Source of the DNA: an uncultured Pseudomonadales bacterium
Lineage (GTDB): Bacteria; Pseudomonadota; Gammaproteobacteria; Pseudomonadales; JAHEIH01
Length of the DNA stretch: 64,000 bases
Reading direction: 5' to 3'
Assembly (NCBI GenBank): GCA_964598145.1
Contig: CAZRAM010000001.1
Coordinates: 371,247 to 435,246 of the forward strand
Made by a program: the position numbers and the translations under genes. Positions 17,369 to 26,368 of the stretch are shown here, piece after piece (the stretch's first letter is position 1; every line of letters starts with the position of its first letter). The notes under the pieces are model-generated. The model was not told the origin of the DNA. It worked only from the letters and a program-made list of their open reading frames with translations, and searched no databases.

Positions 17369-20300
17369 TTATGCCATGTCGCTTAACTTGCCTTTTGAAA
17401 ACCAGGCAAACAGCACCGGCAATACAAACAGCGTCAAGAACGTAGCGGTTACCAACCCGCCCACGATCACACTCGCCAGAGGCTTTTGGATTTCTGCGCC
17501 GACACCATTCGACAGCAGCATGGGGATCAGGCCCAGTGCCGAGGTAATAGCAGTCATCAACACGGGCCTTAGCCTTGAAACCGCTCCATCAAACACCGCA
17601 TCCGATACTTTAAGGCCGTCCGCAATCCGTTGATTGATGCTTTCCACCATGACAACGCCATTCAGTACAGCGACCCCGAACAGGGTGATGAAGCCCACTG
17701 AGCTGGGTACCGACAGATACTGGCCGGAAATCCAGAGTGAAAACACGCCACCAATCACCGCCAGCGGGACATTCACCAGAATCAGCATGGCCTGGCCAAC
17801 CGAGGCAAAGGCAAAATAAAGCAACAAGGCAATTAATCCCAGCGAAACCGGCACCACCAGTGCTAAACGCTTTTGCGCTCTCTGCTGGTTTTCAAACTGG
17901 CCACCGATATCGACGGAATAGCCGGTGGGCAGGTCCACTTGCTCCACAATCGCCTGACGAATATCGGCAACCACGCTGCCCATGTCCCGTCCCTGAACAT
18001 TGGCCTGAATTACAACCCGACGCTGCACGTCATCACGACGTACCTGCGGTGGTCCAGATGCGATACTGACTTCCGCCACATCCCCTAGGCGTACCCAGGC
18101 ACCTGACGGGGCCTGTAAGCGCAGATCGGCAATGGTTTCACGGTCTTCGCGAAACCGCTCGGCGAGCCGCACGTAGATGTCGTAACGCTCGTTGCCATTG
18201 ATGATCTGGCCGGCACTGGCACCTCCCAGCCCTTCGCGTACCAGCTCCATCACGTCGCCCACGGCCAGACCGTAACGGGACAAAGCTCTGCGGTTCGGCT
18301 TCACCACCAGTTGAGATTCACCGGCGATCTGCTCCATGGCCACATCGCGCGCCCCTTCGATTTCTTTCACTGCGGCCTCAATGGCCTGGCCCTTTTCGGC
18401 CAGCACGGCAAGATCGGGACCAAACAACTTGATGGCCAGCTGCGCTTTGACGCCCGAGAGCAACTCGTCCACACGGGTTGCGATGGGTTGCGAGAAGTTG
18501 AGCAGTAAGCCTGGGTGTTGCTCCAGTTTCTGTTCCATCAATGACTGGAGTTCATAACGGTTGTCTGCACTGGTCCATTCCGGCACCGGTTTAAGGCCAA
18601 TATAGATCTCGATGTTATTCACCGGCTCAGGATCGCCGCCGATTTCAGCCCGGCCAATACGTGACAGTGCATAGGTTACCTCTGGGAACTCCATCAACTT
18701 GGCCTCCAGTTTGGGGGCCACTTCCAGCGCGGTATCCAGACTGGAAGAAGGCGCCAGGGTGACGCGCAGATTAATGGTACCCTCCTCCAGTTCAGGCACG
18801 AATTCGGTACCCAAGCGGGGCAGAACCAACGCGGCCGCTACCACCATAATGGCAGCGACACCCACCACCACTTTGCTGTGTCCCATCGCCCAGGCTAAAC
18901 CTTTACGATAGAGCAGATCGAGCGGCTTCAATACAAAGCTCTCGCGTTGGCGAACCCCCCTGCGAAAGAGATAGGTTGCTAGTGCAGGCACGATGATCAG
19001 GGCCACCAACACCGCCGAGAGCATGGCGAGCATGATACTGATGGCCATGGGTTGAAACAGTTTGGCTTCGACACCTTCAAAGCTGAACAGTGGCATGAAG
19101 ACAACCAGAATAATGGCCGTGGCAAAAAAGATGGGGCGAGCGACTTCCTTACCGGCTTCCTGCAGGCGCAAGGCAATACCATGACGGTCGTGGGCCGCAT
19201 CAACAGGGTCCACGTCATCGGAATCCACCCGCGATTGTCTCTGGGTATCATGTTCAGCATCCGGGTGCGTCAGATGTTTAAACATGTTCTCCACCATTAC
19301 TACGGAGCCATCCACCAACATGCCAATGGCGACCGCAATCCCCCCCAGCGACATCAGATTGGCCGACAATCCGAACCAAGCCATCACCATTAAAGCGATT
19401 CCAATAGATATCGGGATGGACATCAACACCAGAAAGGTGGCGCGCAGGTTCATCAGGAATAGCGCAAGGATCACGACGATGAAAATAAACGCCAGCAGCA
19501 GGGCATTGACCACGGTCTGTACGGCCTGGGTGATCAAATCCGCCTGATCGTAAAATGCCTCGAAGCGAACACCTTCCGGTAATGCCTGGTTAATACGCTC
19601 AATGCGTGCATTGACTCCATCAATGGTGGCCTTGGTGTTGGCCCCCATGCGCTTGAGCACGATGCCGGACACCACCTCGCCGAGATTCTCCACCTTGTCG
19701 TCGGCGTTCTTGCGCGTCATGGTCACCGCTCCCTGACGGATCTCACTGCCCAGGGCCACTTGCGCCACGTCGGACACGGTGATCGTAGTACCGTCCACGG
19801 TTTTCAGTGGCACCTGACGGATCTGTTCCAAGCCCTTCTCACCATGATCCAGCCAACCCGTACCCCGGATCACCAGTTGCTCCTGGCCCCGGTTCATATA
19901 CCAACCGCCGACGTTGGTGTTGTTGCGCTCCAGTGCCATCATGACGTCGTCCTGGGTCAGCTCGTAGGCCAACAGTCGGGACGGGTTTAAGTTAACCTGG
20001 TACTGACGCACCTCACCGCCAAAGGAGAGCACATCGGTCACGCCCTCGGCCGGGATCAATAGCAGCTTCACCACCCAGTCGTTCAAGCTACGCAAAGCCA
20101 TGGCGTCGAAACCGGCATCGGGTTCTGCCACCAGCAGATACTGATAGACCTGACCCAGGCCGGAAGTATTCGGGCCCATTTCCGGTGTGCCGACGCCATC
20201 GGGGATCAGCTCCTTGGCAGCCTGAAGCCGTTCAAATACCAGTTGCCGGGCAAAATAAATATCGGTGCCTTCTTTAAAGACTACGGTAACGCCGGACAGG

Positions 20301-20566
20301 CCGGTTTTGGAAATTGAGCGCACCTCTTCCACATCCGGTAAGGCGTACATCACGGCTTCGATGGGATAGGTAATAAGCTGTTCCACCTCTTCGGCAGCCA
20401 GCCCCGGTGCTTCGGTATTGACCGACACCTGCACGTTGGTGACATCCGGAAAAGCATCCAGATTCAGTTTGGGAATAATAAAAACGGCACTGACCGTTAG
20501 TGTGATCAGGGCTATCACCACCAGCAATCGGTTGATGACCGCCCAATCGATAATTCGGTTAAACAT
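17369..20566 (-). CDS. heavy-metal efflux RND transporter, CzcA/CusA family
   Basis: 1065 aa with 12-TM RND architecture and the TM4 motif VAIGMLVDGSVVMVEN. It follows the adaptor and outer-membrane-factor genes in C-B-A order. Confidence 0.95.
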   Translation of the reverse strand: MFNRIIDWAVINRLLVVIALITLTVSAVFIIPKLNLDAFPDVTNVQVSVNTEAPGLAAEEVEQLITYPIEAVMYALPDVEEVRSISKTGLSGVTVVFKEGTDIYFARQLVFERLQAAKELIPDGVGTPEMGPNTSGLGQVYQYLLVAEPDAGFDAMALRSLNDWVVKLLLIPAEGVTDVLSFGGEVRQYQVNLNPSRLLAYELTQDDVMMALERNNTNVGGWYMNRGQEQLVIRGTGWLDHGEKGLEQIRQVPLKTVDGTTITVSDVAQVALGSEIRQGAVTMTRKNADDKVENLGEVVSGIVLKRMGANTKATIDGVNARIERINQALPEGVRFEAFYDQADLITQAVQTVVNALLLAFIFIVVILALFLMNLRATFLVLMSIPISIGIALMVMAWFGLSANLMSLGGIAVAIGMLVDGSVVMVENMFKHLTHPDAEHDTQRQSRVDSDDVDPVDAAHDRHGIALRLQEAGKEVARPIFFATAIILVVFMPLFSFEGVEAKLFQPMAISIMLAMLSAVLVALIIVPALATYLFRRGVRQRESFVLKPLDLLYRKGLAWAMGHSKVVVGVAAIMVVAAALVLPRLGTEFVPELEEGTINLRVTLAPSSSLDTALEVAPKLEAKLMEFPEVTYALSRIGRAEIGGDPEPVNNIEIYIGLKPVPEWTSADNRYELQSLMEQKLEQHPGLLLNFSQPIATRVDELLSGVKAQLAIKLFGPDLAVLAEKGQAIEAAVKEIEGARDVAMEQIAGESQLVVKPNRRALSRYGLAVGDVMELVREGLGGASAGQIINGNERYDIYVRLAERFREDRETIADLRLQAPSGAWVRLGDVAEVSIASGPPQVRRDDVQRRVVIQANVQGRDMGSVVADIRQAIVEQVDLPTGYSVDIGGQFENQQRAQKRLALVVPVSLGLIALLLYFAFASVGQAMLILVNVPLAVIGGVFSLWISGQYLSVPSSVGFITLFGVAVLNGVVMVESINQRIADGLKVSDAVFDGAVSRLRPVLMTAITSALGLIPMLLSNGVGAEIQKPLASVIVGGLVTATFLTLFVLPVLFAWFSKGKLSDMA

Positions 20567-20581
20567 GGGGTCTCCTACTGC

Positions 20582-21940
20582 TTAGTGGTTATGGGGGTCA
20601 AAGCCGCCCTTGGCGATCTGAGAGGCAACAAAGAAAGCGCCCTGAGTGACGATGCGAGCCCCCGGACCGACACCGCTAATTTCACGTAGCGGCCCGAGCG
20701 CTCGACCCAGCTCCACCTCCACTGGCTGGAATTCGCCAGGATGGTCTTCCACGAACACCGTCCAATCTCCGTCTGCGCCGCGCATCAGTGCGGTTTCGGG
20801 TACCGCTAGCACGGGCCTTTTAGTCTGGAATCGGAAATACACCTCGGCGAACTGGCCAGGGTGCAGGCGGTGTTCCGGGTTATTGACCAACAGGCGCACG
20901 GTACGGGTACGGGAGATGGGATCAATGGTGTGCGCCTCCTGAGTGACCTTGGCGTTTACACGGACATCCCCAGCCACCACTTCCGCCCGCGTTCCCGCGC
21001 CCAGCGTCAGGGAGAGATCGGCGGGCAGGTGGGCCTCCACCCAGAGTTGCTTTTCATCGGCCAACGCAATCAAGGGCGCGCCCGCCTCGATGCGCTGCCC
21101 CTGCTCGAAATCATCTCTAAGCACCGCGCCGTCAATCTCGGCATGCAGGGTATACTCCCCTAATGCAACAGATTGCTGAGAAGCGACCAACGCTTGCAAG
21201 TCCGAGGCGGAAAGGCCGTAGGCCAGCAGCGTCGCCCGTGCCGCTTCTAGGTTGGTTTTGGCCGTGATGTAACGCTGCTCACCCACGGTTTTGCGCCCAA
21301 GTTCCTGTACTCTCTGCCATTCAGGCCAAGCCGTGCGGTAATTGGCTTGTGCTTGCGCCACGGTTTCACTGAACAGAGTAACCAGCGGCTGACTCTGTTC
21401 GACGTGATCGCCCAGGGCGACATGGCGGCGCAGCACCACGGAGGGCACCCGGGGCGATACCCGGTAACTGGTGTAGCCGTTGGAAAGGATCTCCCCCGGT
21501 GCGTAAAGCTGATAATCGACCTTTCTGGGAGTCAGTGGGTTTACCTGAATATCGGCCAGGGTCATTTGCGCCGGGTTCAGTGAGGCAGAAGTAGCTTCTT
21601 CGTGACCTCCATGCCCACCATGATTATCGTGGTCACCGCCCTCGCTATGCTCTTCATGCCCGTGTTCTGAGCCGGAGTTGTGCTCGTCGTGGGCACTGTG
21701 TTCATCATGATTTTCGTCGCCATGATCATCGTGGCCGTGCTCGCTGTCAGGCTTATGCGCATCATGCTCTTTATGGTTTTCCTCACGATGATCGTCATGA
21801 TTATCCTGTTCGCTATGGGGTGCCGCCGTTGTCGCTTTTTCCTGCCCATGCTCAGACTCAGATTCTTTGGCGTGGCTGGCGGTTGCGGTCGCAAGACCAG
21901 CCACCAAAATGGCTACCAGTGTTTTATTCATGTTTATCAT
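20582..21940 (-). CDS. efflux RND periplasmic adaptor (CzcB/CusB family) with His/Asp/Glu-rich N-terminal extension
   Basis: Signal peptide, then about 100 aa of HxxH/DH/EH low-complexity sequence, then the membrane-fusion-protein core (barrel-sandwich/beta-barrel pattern ...GAVLRDDFEQGQRIEAG...). Confidence 0.9.
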   Translation of the reverse strand: MINMNKTLVAILVAGLATATASHAKESESEHGQEKATTAAPHSEQDNHDDHREENHKEHDAHKPDSEHGHDDHGDENHDEHSAHDEHNSGSEHGHEEHSEGGDHDNHGGHGGHEEATSASLNPAQMTLADIQVNPLTPRKVDYQLYAPGEILSNGYTSYRVSPRVPSVVLRRHVALGDHVEQSQPLVTLFSETVAQAQANYRTAWPEWQRVQELGRKTVGEQRYITAKTNLEAARATLLAYGLSASDLQALVASQQSVALGEYTLHAEIDGAVLRDDFEQGQRIEAGAPLIALADEKQLWVEAHLPADLSLTLGAGTRAEVVAGDVRVNAKVTQEAHTIDPISRTRTVRLLVNNPEHRLHPGQFAEVYFRFQTKRPVLAVPETALMRGADGDWTVFVEDHPGEFQPVEVELGRALGPLREISGVGPGARIVTQGAFFVASQIAKGGFDPHNH

Positions 21941-21946
21941 TCCTGT

Positions 21947-23185
21947 TTAATTCGTTGACGCTGTCGATGACTTTGTTGCGTTGTTCAGGTGGCCCGATTG
22001 CTGAAGTGCTTCGGTGAGCGCAAGCCGTGTCTGCTTTTCCAGCTCAATGCCTGCCAGCAGGCTTTCGGTGCGTTGATTCAAGGCCAGCAGATAATTAGTG
22101 GTGGACAGATCACCCGTGCGCCATTGCCGTTTCAGCAGTTCGGCGCTGTTCTCGACCCGACCCTGAACAACCTCTTGCCAGCGGCGATATTGCTGTTCAA
22201 AGCGCTGCCAGGTGGCCTGTGCAGCCTGCCAGTCAAAGCGCTGCTTGCGGTAGATAGCCTGAAAACGAGCCTCGGCCTCCAGCGCTATGCGTTCAGCGGC
22301 GCGAGTTTCTGCGCTGAAGTTGTTGCGGACATTCAACGGGATGGAGAAGGTCAGCCCTACAACGCCTTCTCCACCATCACGCCCGGCATTGACGCCAAAG
22401 GTGGGCTCCGCCTTGGCGGTACGCCGTGTCACTTCAGCTTCCTCCTTCAGCGACTGCCAGCGGGCGTGGGCGCTGGCTACGGCCGGGTATTGCCGTAGCT
22501 CCTGATCCGAGGTCAAGTCTGGCTGGGAGGGCCAGAAATCATCAGGAATGCCGCCTCGCGTGGGCGTCCATGCGGGCAGCAGCTCGCGAACCCTGATTTC
22601 GGCTTTCTGTATCGCGGCTTCGGCCTCGGCAACCTGAGCCAGCTGCTGTGACAGGGACAGAAAGGTGAGTTCGGCATCGATGCTGCCCAGATCACCTGCC
22701 TGTTGGCGCTTATCCACCTGTTCGAGCAAGGCGTTAAGTTGCTGCTGTTGCGCTTGGGCAATGGCGGCGGCGCGGTTGGCGGCATGCCACTCCACCAGTG
22801 CGGCAAGCGCATCGGCGGTTTTGTCCAACACTTGTTGCTGGTACAGCGCTTCGGCGGTGCTTCGCATAAAGCCCGCCTGCTGCCGTCTTGCGCCCCGTCT
22901 GTCCCACCAGTCGATGGTCTGCTGAACGCCGACCCGGTAGTTGTCTTCCTCTCCATTACGCTCCAAATCGGTGGACAGCTCCGGGTTGTAAAGCGGCTGC
23001 TCCAGCGCATCGGCGCTGGCGTTGGAGCCCAGCAATTGCTCGCGGGCGGCAAGCACCTCGGGGTGTTGTTGTATCTGGGAGGCGAGCCAGGCGCTCCAAC
23101 TCGATGTCTCTGCGTAAGCAAACATGGGCAGAAAAAGCACGCACGCGCCCAGCAAGGCCCGTCTGGGCCAGTCAAATCGTCTCAT
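21947..23185 (-). CDS. TolC-family outer membrane efflux protein (CzcC/CusC-like)
   Basis: 412 aa with a signal peptide and the two-repeat OEP helical pattern. It is the first gene of the C-B-A operon. Confidence 0.85.
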   Translation of the reverse strand: MRRFDWPRRALLGACVLFLPMFAYAETSSWSAWLASQIQQHPEVLAAREQLLGSNASADALEQPLYNPELSTDLERNGEEDNYRVGVQQTIDWWDRRGARRQQAGFMRSTAEALYQQQVLDKTADALAALVEWHAANRAAAIAQAQQQQLNALLEQVDKRQQAGDLGSIDAELTFLSLSQQLAQVAEAEAAIQKAEIRVRELLPAWTPTRGGIPDDFWPSQPDLTSDQELRQYPAVASAHARWQSLKEEAEVTRRTAKAEPTFGVNAGRDGGEGVVGLTFSIPLNVRNNFSAETRAAERIALEAEARFQAIYRKQRFDWQAAQATWQRFEQQYRRWQEVVQGRVENSAELLKRQWRTGDLSTTNYLLALNQRTESLLAGIELEKQTRLALTEALQQSGHLNNATKSSTASTN

Positions 23186-23202
23186 ATTGATGCTCCTGAA
23201 AT

Positions 23203-23631
23203 TCAGCGTGCGACGGTTTGGTCGTGCACCGGATTTTGCCGTTGTTGGGGTTCATCCCGGTGAAAGGCGACCTTTATTACGGTATCACCAGGCAAGGCGG
23301 GGAGCTTTGCAGAAAAACGCACGCCGCCCTTGCGTGATGCGCGTCTGGTGAGAAGGCGCGGTGAGTAATCAGTGGTTGTTTCCGCAATCAATTCGTTATC
23401 AGCAGACCAGGCTGCGATGTCTACATGGCCTCGGGGAAGGCCGTAGCGCAGGTGAGCATCCATCCGTCCGAAGACGGTCAGCTCCGCGGCGGTATGGTTC
23501 ACGGTCACCTGGCGGAAATGCCAGCGTTGGTTGTCGGTATTGACGACTTCAATTTCAGGCAAGCTGTTTTCGGCCTGAGCGGAATTGACAAGCGCTCGGC
23601 TCAGCGCGAGCCCAATAGCGATCTGTTTCAT
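23203..23631 (-). CDS. hypothetical secreted protein (142 aa)
   Basis: Signal peptide MKQIAIGLALSRALVNSAQA and a beta-rich mature part. It lies immediately upstream of the RND operon. I do not recognise a family. Confidence 0.5.
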   Translation of the reverse strand: MKQIAIGLALSRALVNSAQAENSLPEIEVVNTDNQRWHFRQVTVNHTAAELTVFGRMDAHLRYGLPRGHVDIAAWSADNELIAETTTDYSPRLLTRRASRKGGVRFSAKLPALPGDTVIKVAFHRDEPQQRQNPVHDQTVAR

Positions 23632-23712
23632 GATGTTTCACCCTAAAATAAATACCAATTGTTCGCTGTAACCCAAGGCTACAGAGGCTGATGACGTGCT
23701 GTTGAGGCGCGA

Positions 23713-24081
23713 TCAGGCGATTGGAGGGCGAAACAGAGAGGGGGGAATACCAGAGGTGAGGTTGGCCTGATAGTCGGCTTGTCCGTTTTCTGAGAATAAA
23801 TCGGCTAAGTGTGAAGTGGCTCCGATCAGAACGACAGAGCCGTGGCCATGACAATGGCAGCAATGGTGGCAGTCATATACAGACTGTCCGGGCTGATCGG
23901 GTGTCTGCTTGGCGAGCAGATTGTCGTTGTGGGTATCAGTGGCAGTGGATTGATGCGAATGGTCGAATTCCAGGTGCTCCGTCCCGGATTGATGAAGCTG
24001 GTGAACGTCCGCCATGGCAGCCACAGATTGCAGGGCAATCAGTAGAGCCAGTAGACAAGTTAAATGATGGCGGATGTTCAT
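23713..24081 (-). CDS. small secreted His/Cys-rich protein (CzcI/DUF2946-like)
   Basis: Signal peptide, then HQLHQSGTEHLEFDHSH, then the CHHCCHCHGHG cluster, then a C-terminal ...PPSLFRPPIA tail of the type seen in small metal-resistance accessory proteins. Confidence 0.5.
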   Translation of the reverse strand: MNIRHHLTCLLALLIALQSVAAMADVHQLHQSGTEHLEFDHSHQSTATDTHNDNLLAKQTPDQPGQSVYDCHHCCHCHGHGSVVLIGATSHLADLFSENGQADYQANLTSGIPPSLFRPPIA

Positions 24082-24172
24082 GTGAAATGTGGAGCCCTTA
24101 TGTTGTCAGGTTCAAAACACTAGCTGCCATAGACTATCATATTATAGAAAAGTTCACCAAAACCGTTTCCGG

Positions 24173-25072
24173 TCAGGATTTCAGCTGCAAAATACGTCGT
24201 GCACCGTTTAGGACAACGACGCCAATAATGAGACCAATCACCAGATCCGGATAGCGGGAACCGGTCCAGGCGACCAGGCCACCAGCCAGGATAACCCCCA
24301 GATTGGCAATCACGTCGTTGGCGGAGAATATCCAGCTGGCTTTCATATGCGCTCCACGATTCCTGCTTTTGGCGATCAGCACAAGGCACAACACATTGGC
24401 CGCCAAAGCAGCCAGGCCCATACTCATCATCAGGACGGACGCTGGCTCGCTGCCAAACATAAACCGCCGCACAACTTCACTCAAAGCGCCAAACGCCAAC
24501 ATCAGTTGCAACCAGCCAGAAAAATGTGCCGAGCGCAGTTTCAACCGAGTGCTGCGCCCAACGGCATAGAGCGCCACGCCATAAACGGCGGCATCAGCGA
24601 ACATGTCCAGGGAATCGGCGATCAAGCCAGTGGATTGCGCCCACCAGCCGATGGTGATTTCAATGACAAACATGATGCCGTTGATGGCGAGTAGCCATTT
24701 CAGAATACCCGATTCTTTTTGTGCCTCCTGTTGTGCATCTTCATGTGCTTGGGCGATGGCATCACTGTCTACGGGTGATGTGATTTCAAGCGTAGCGCCC
24801 AAACCAACAGAGTGCATCCGTTCCTCAATCACATCGGCATTATCCCCATGAAAGATACGCACTATGCGATTGGGGGTATCAAATTCCAGCGTTACTTTGG
24901 GTTCCACACTATCCAATGCCATGCGGATCACGCCTTCCTCCGAAGGGCAGTCCATCCTGGAGACATGATACTCGCTAACATAGCCGCCTTGGACGACGCT
25001 TGTGCCATCGGAAATCTGTGGTGTGTTGTCTCGTGCATCGCTGTTACAGCTAGCACAGCATTGCTCAGTCAT
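24173..25072 (-). CDS. CDF-type cation efflux membrane protein with N-terminal HMA-like domain
   Basis: N-terminal CCASC cluster and a ferredoxin-like domain with MDCPSEEGVIRMAL (the MDCPxEE variant of the HMA motif). This is fused to a six-TM cation_efflux core (ADSLDMFADA..., SANDVIANLG...). Confidence 0.75.
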   Translation of the reverse strand: MTEQCCASCNSDARDNTPQISDGTSVVQGGYVSEYHVSRMDCPSEEGVIRMALDSVEPKVTLEFDTPNRIVRIFHGDNADVIEERMHSVGLGATLEITSPVDSDAIAQAHEDAQQEAQKESGILKWLLAINGIMFVIEITIGWWAQSTGLIADSLDMFADAAVYGVALYAVGRSTRLKLRSAHFSGWLQLMLAFGALSEVVRRFMFGSEPASVLMMSMGLAALAANVLCLVLIAKSRNRGAHMKASWIFSANDVIANLGVILAGGLVAWTGSRYPDLVIGLIIGVVVLNGARRILQLKS

Positions 25073-25104
25073 ATTAAAACGCTCTTGTTTTTTCCTGGTT
25101 ATGC

Positions 25105-25135
25105 AGTTTAAATTCTATAGTCACTATAGAATCAA
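25105..25135 (-). promoter_or_regulatory. MerR-type promoter/operator: TTGATT-N19-TAAACT with 21-bp perfect dyad ATTCTATAGTCACTATAGAAT in the spacer
   Basis: On the minus strand, -35 TTGATT (25135-25130), a 19-bp spacer and -10 TAAACT (25110-25105). The dyad at 25112-25132 lies between the divergent merR-family and CDF-HMA genes. Confidence 0.6.
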
Positions 25136-25152
25136 GAGTGAAATTGGTGGTT

Positions 25153-25542
25153 ATGAAAATAGGAGAATTGGCGAGCGTTACCGGCTGCTCAATACAGACG
25201 ATCCGTTATTATGAAAAAGAAAATCTGCTGCCCTCAACCCAACGCACCGAGGGAAATTTTCGCTTGTATGACAAAGCGGCCGTCGACCTGTTGCTGTTCA
25301 TTAAACACTGCCGCAGTCTGGATCTCAGCTTGAAGGAAATCCGTCAACTATTGGCGCTCAAACGCTCGCCTGGCGCGCAATGTGATAAGGTGAATCGGAT
25401 GATGGACGCCCATATTCAACAAGTGGAAGACCGCATTGCCGAGCTGACGCAATTGCGTAGGCAACTCAAAGCGTTGCGCCGCAGTTGCTCAAGCGACCGC
25501 ACGGTGGAGCAGTGCGGCATACTGCAAAATCTGACCACCTAG
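25153..25542 (+). CDS. MerR family metal-responsive regulator (CadR/ZntR/PbrR-like)
   Basis: N-terminal HTH MKIGELASVTGCSIQTIRYYEKENLL, a dimerisation helix, and Cys residues at QCDKV and CSSDRTVEQCG typical of metal-sensing MerR proteins. Confidence 0.85.
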   Translation: MKIGELASVTGCSIQTIRYYEKENLLPSTQRTEGNFRLYDKAAVDLLLFIKHCRSLDLSLKEIRQLLALKRSPGAQCDKVNRMMDAHIQQVEDRIAELTQLRRQLKALRRSCSSDRTVEQCGILQNLTT

Positions 25543-25721
25543 TCAGAATCCGAAGCGGTAACATTGGTTTTCTGATCATTGGAAGTCACACGTCTACCCT
25601 GGATATCCCATTCCACCTTGTTCGGCGATTTTTCACTGAGGTCGGGCTCATGGCGCAGTTTCTGGCCAGTTCCAGGGAAACTGCTCGAGGCTATGTCCGT
25701 GTAGACAGGCGAGGCAAGGCA

Positions 25722-25751
25722 TTGACGTAGATCGCTCGTTTCGAATATTAT
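25722..25751 (+). promoter_or_regulatory. candidate sigma70 promoter of the toxin-antitoxin module (TTGACG-N18-TATTAT)
   Basis: Good -35/-10 hexamers 37 nt upstream of the antitoxin ATG. An imperfect inverted repeat TCGTTTCGA...TCGAACGA spans the -10. Confidence 0.35.
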
Positions 25752-25787
25752 GGACGAATCGAACGATATTTGGTGAGGTACCAGACC

Positions 25788-26048
25788 ATGGACACACTTT
25801 CTGCCAATGAAGCCAAAACCCAGTTTGGTGACCTGCTGCTAAAAGCGCAACGTGCGCCAATCCAGATCAATAAAAACGGAAAACCGGTTGCTGTGGTTAT
25901 CTCAATGGATGAGTACGAGAGCATTAAAGCGCTCAAGCTGAGATTGTTGCAGTCGAGGGCCACTCAGACCAAAGCTGATATCAAAGCAGGTAACACCGTT
26001 GATGGTGAAGCATTTTTTAATGATTTGGAATCAGGTCACCACGACTAG
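25788..26048 (+). CDS. Phd/YefM family type II antitoxin
   Basis: MDTLSANEAKTQFGDLLLKAQRAPIQINKNGKPVAVVISMDEYESI is the canonical Phd/YefM N-terminal fold pattern. A GGTGAGG RBS lies upstream of the ATG at 25788. Confidence 0.75.
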   Translation: MDTLSANEAKTQFGDLLLKAQRAPIQINKNGKPVAVVISMDEYESIKALKLRLLQSRATQTKADIKAGNTVDGEAFFNDLESGHHD

Positions 26049-26074
26049 ACGATAAAATTTCTGGGGGAAGAAAA

Positions 26075-26353
26075 ATGTCTGCTGTCGAGCTGAATGCAGA
26101 ACAACTTCAGATGGTAAAGATCATCCATGACCACGCCCTCCGGTTTCCTCTTACCGAAGCCGGGGATGAGCAATTATTGCAAACCTGCTACGACTACATG
26201 GATGTGTTCAAACGGGTGATGGATAGCACCTCTCACATCCAAATGGATTACATCTGTCAGCAATACGATGGCTTTTATCGTTTTGCCAAACTCATGGAAA
26301 TGCTGGCACAGGGGATCGCCGATGGCATTGTCGATGTTCCCAAGGATCATTAG
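26075..26353 (+). CDS. hypothetical acidic protein (92 aa) between antitoxin and toxin genes
   Basis: ORF with a GGGGGAAG RBS, predicted helical. By my count it has 15 Asp/Glu against 7 Lys/Arg. I do not recognise a family. Confidence 0.45.
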   Translation: MSAVELNAEQLQMVKIIHDHALRFPLTEAGDEQLLQTCYDYMDVFKRVMDSTSHIQMDYICQQYDGFYRFAKLMEMLAQGIADGIVDVPKDH

Positions 26354-26368
26354 TCCCGCCAATACGCC

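Noticed and set aside
25555-25600. Possible relic Tn3-type IR (reverse strand GGGTAGACGTGTGACTTCCAATGATCAGAAAACC...) between merR and the TA module
   Set aside because: It starts with GGG rather than GGGG and has only a short TCAGAAAAC resemblance to Tn21-type IRs. It does not match this element's own IR, and no partner repeat was seen.
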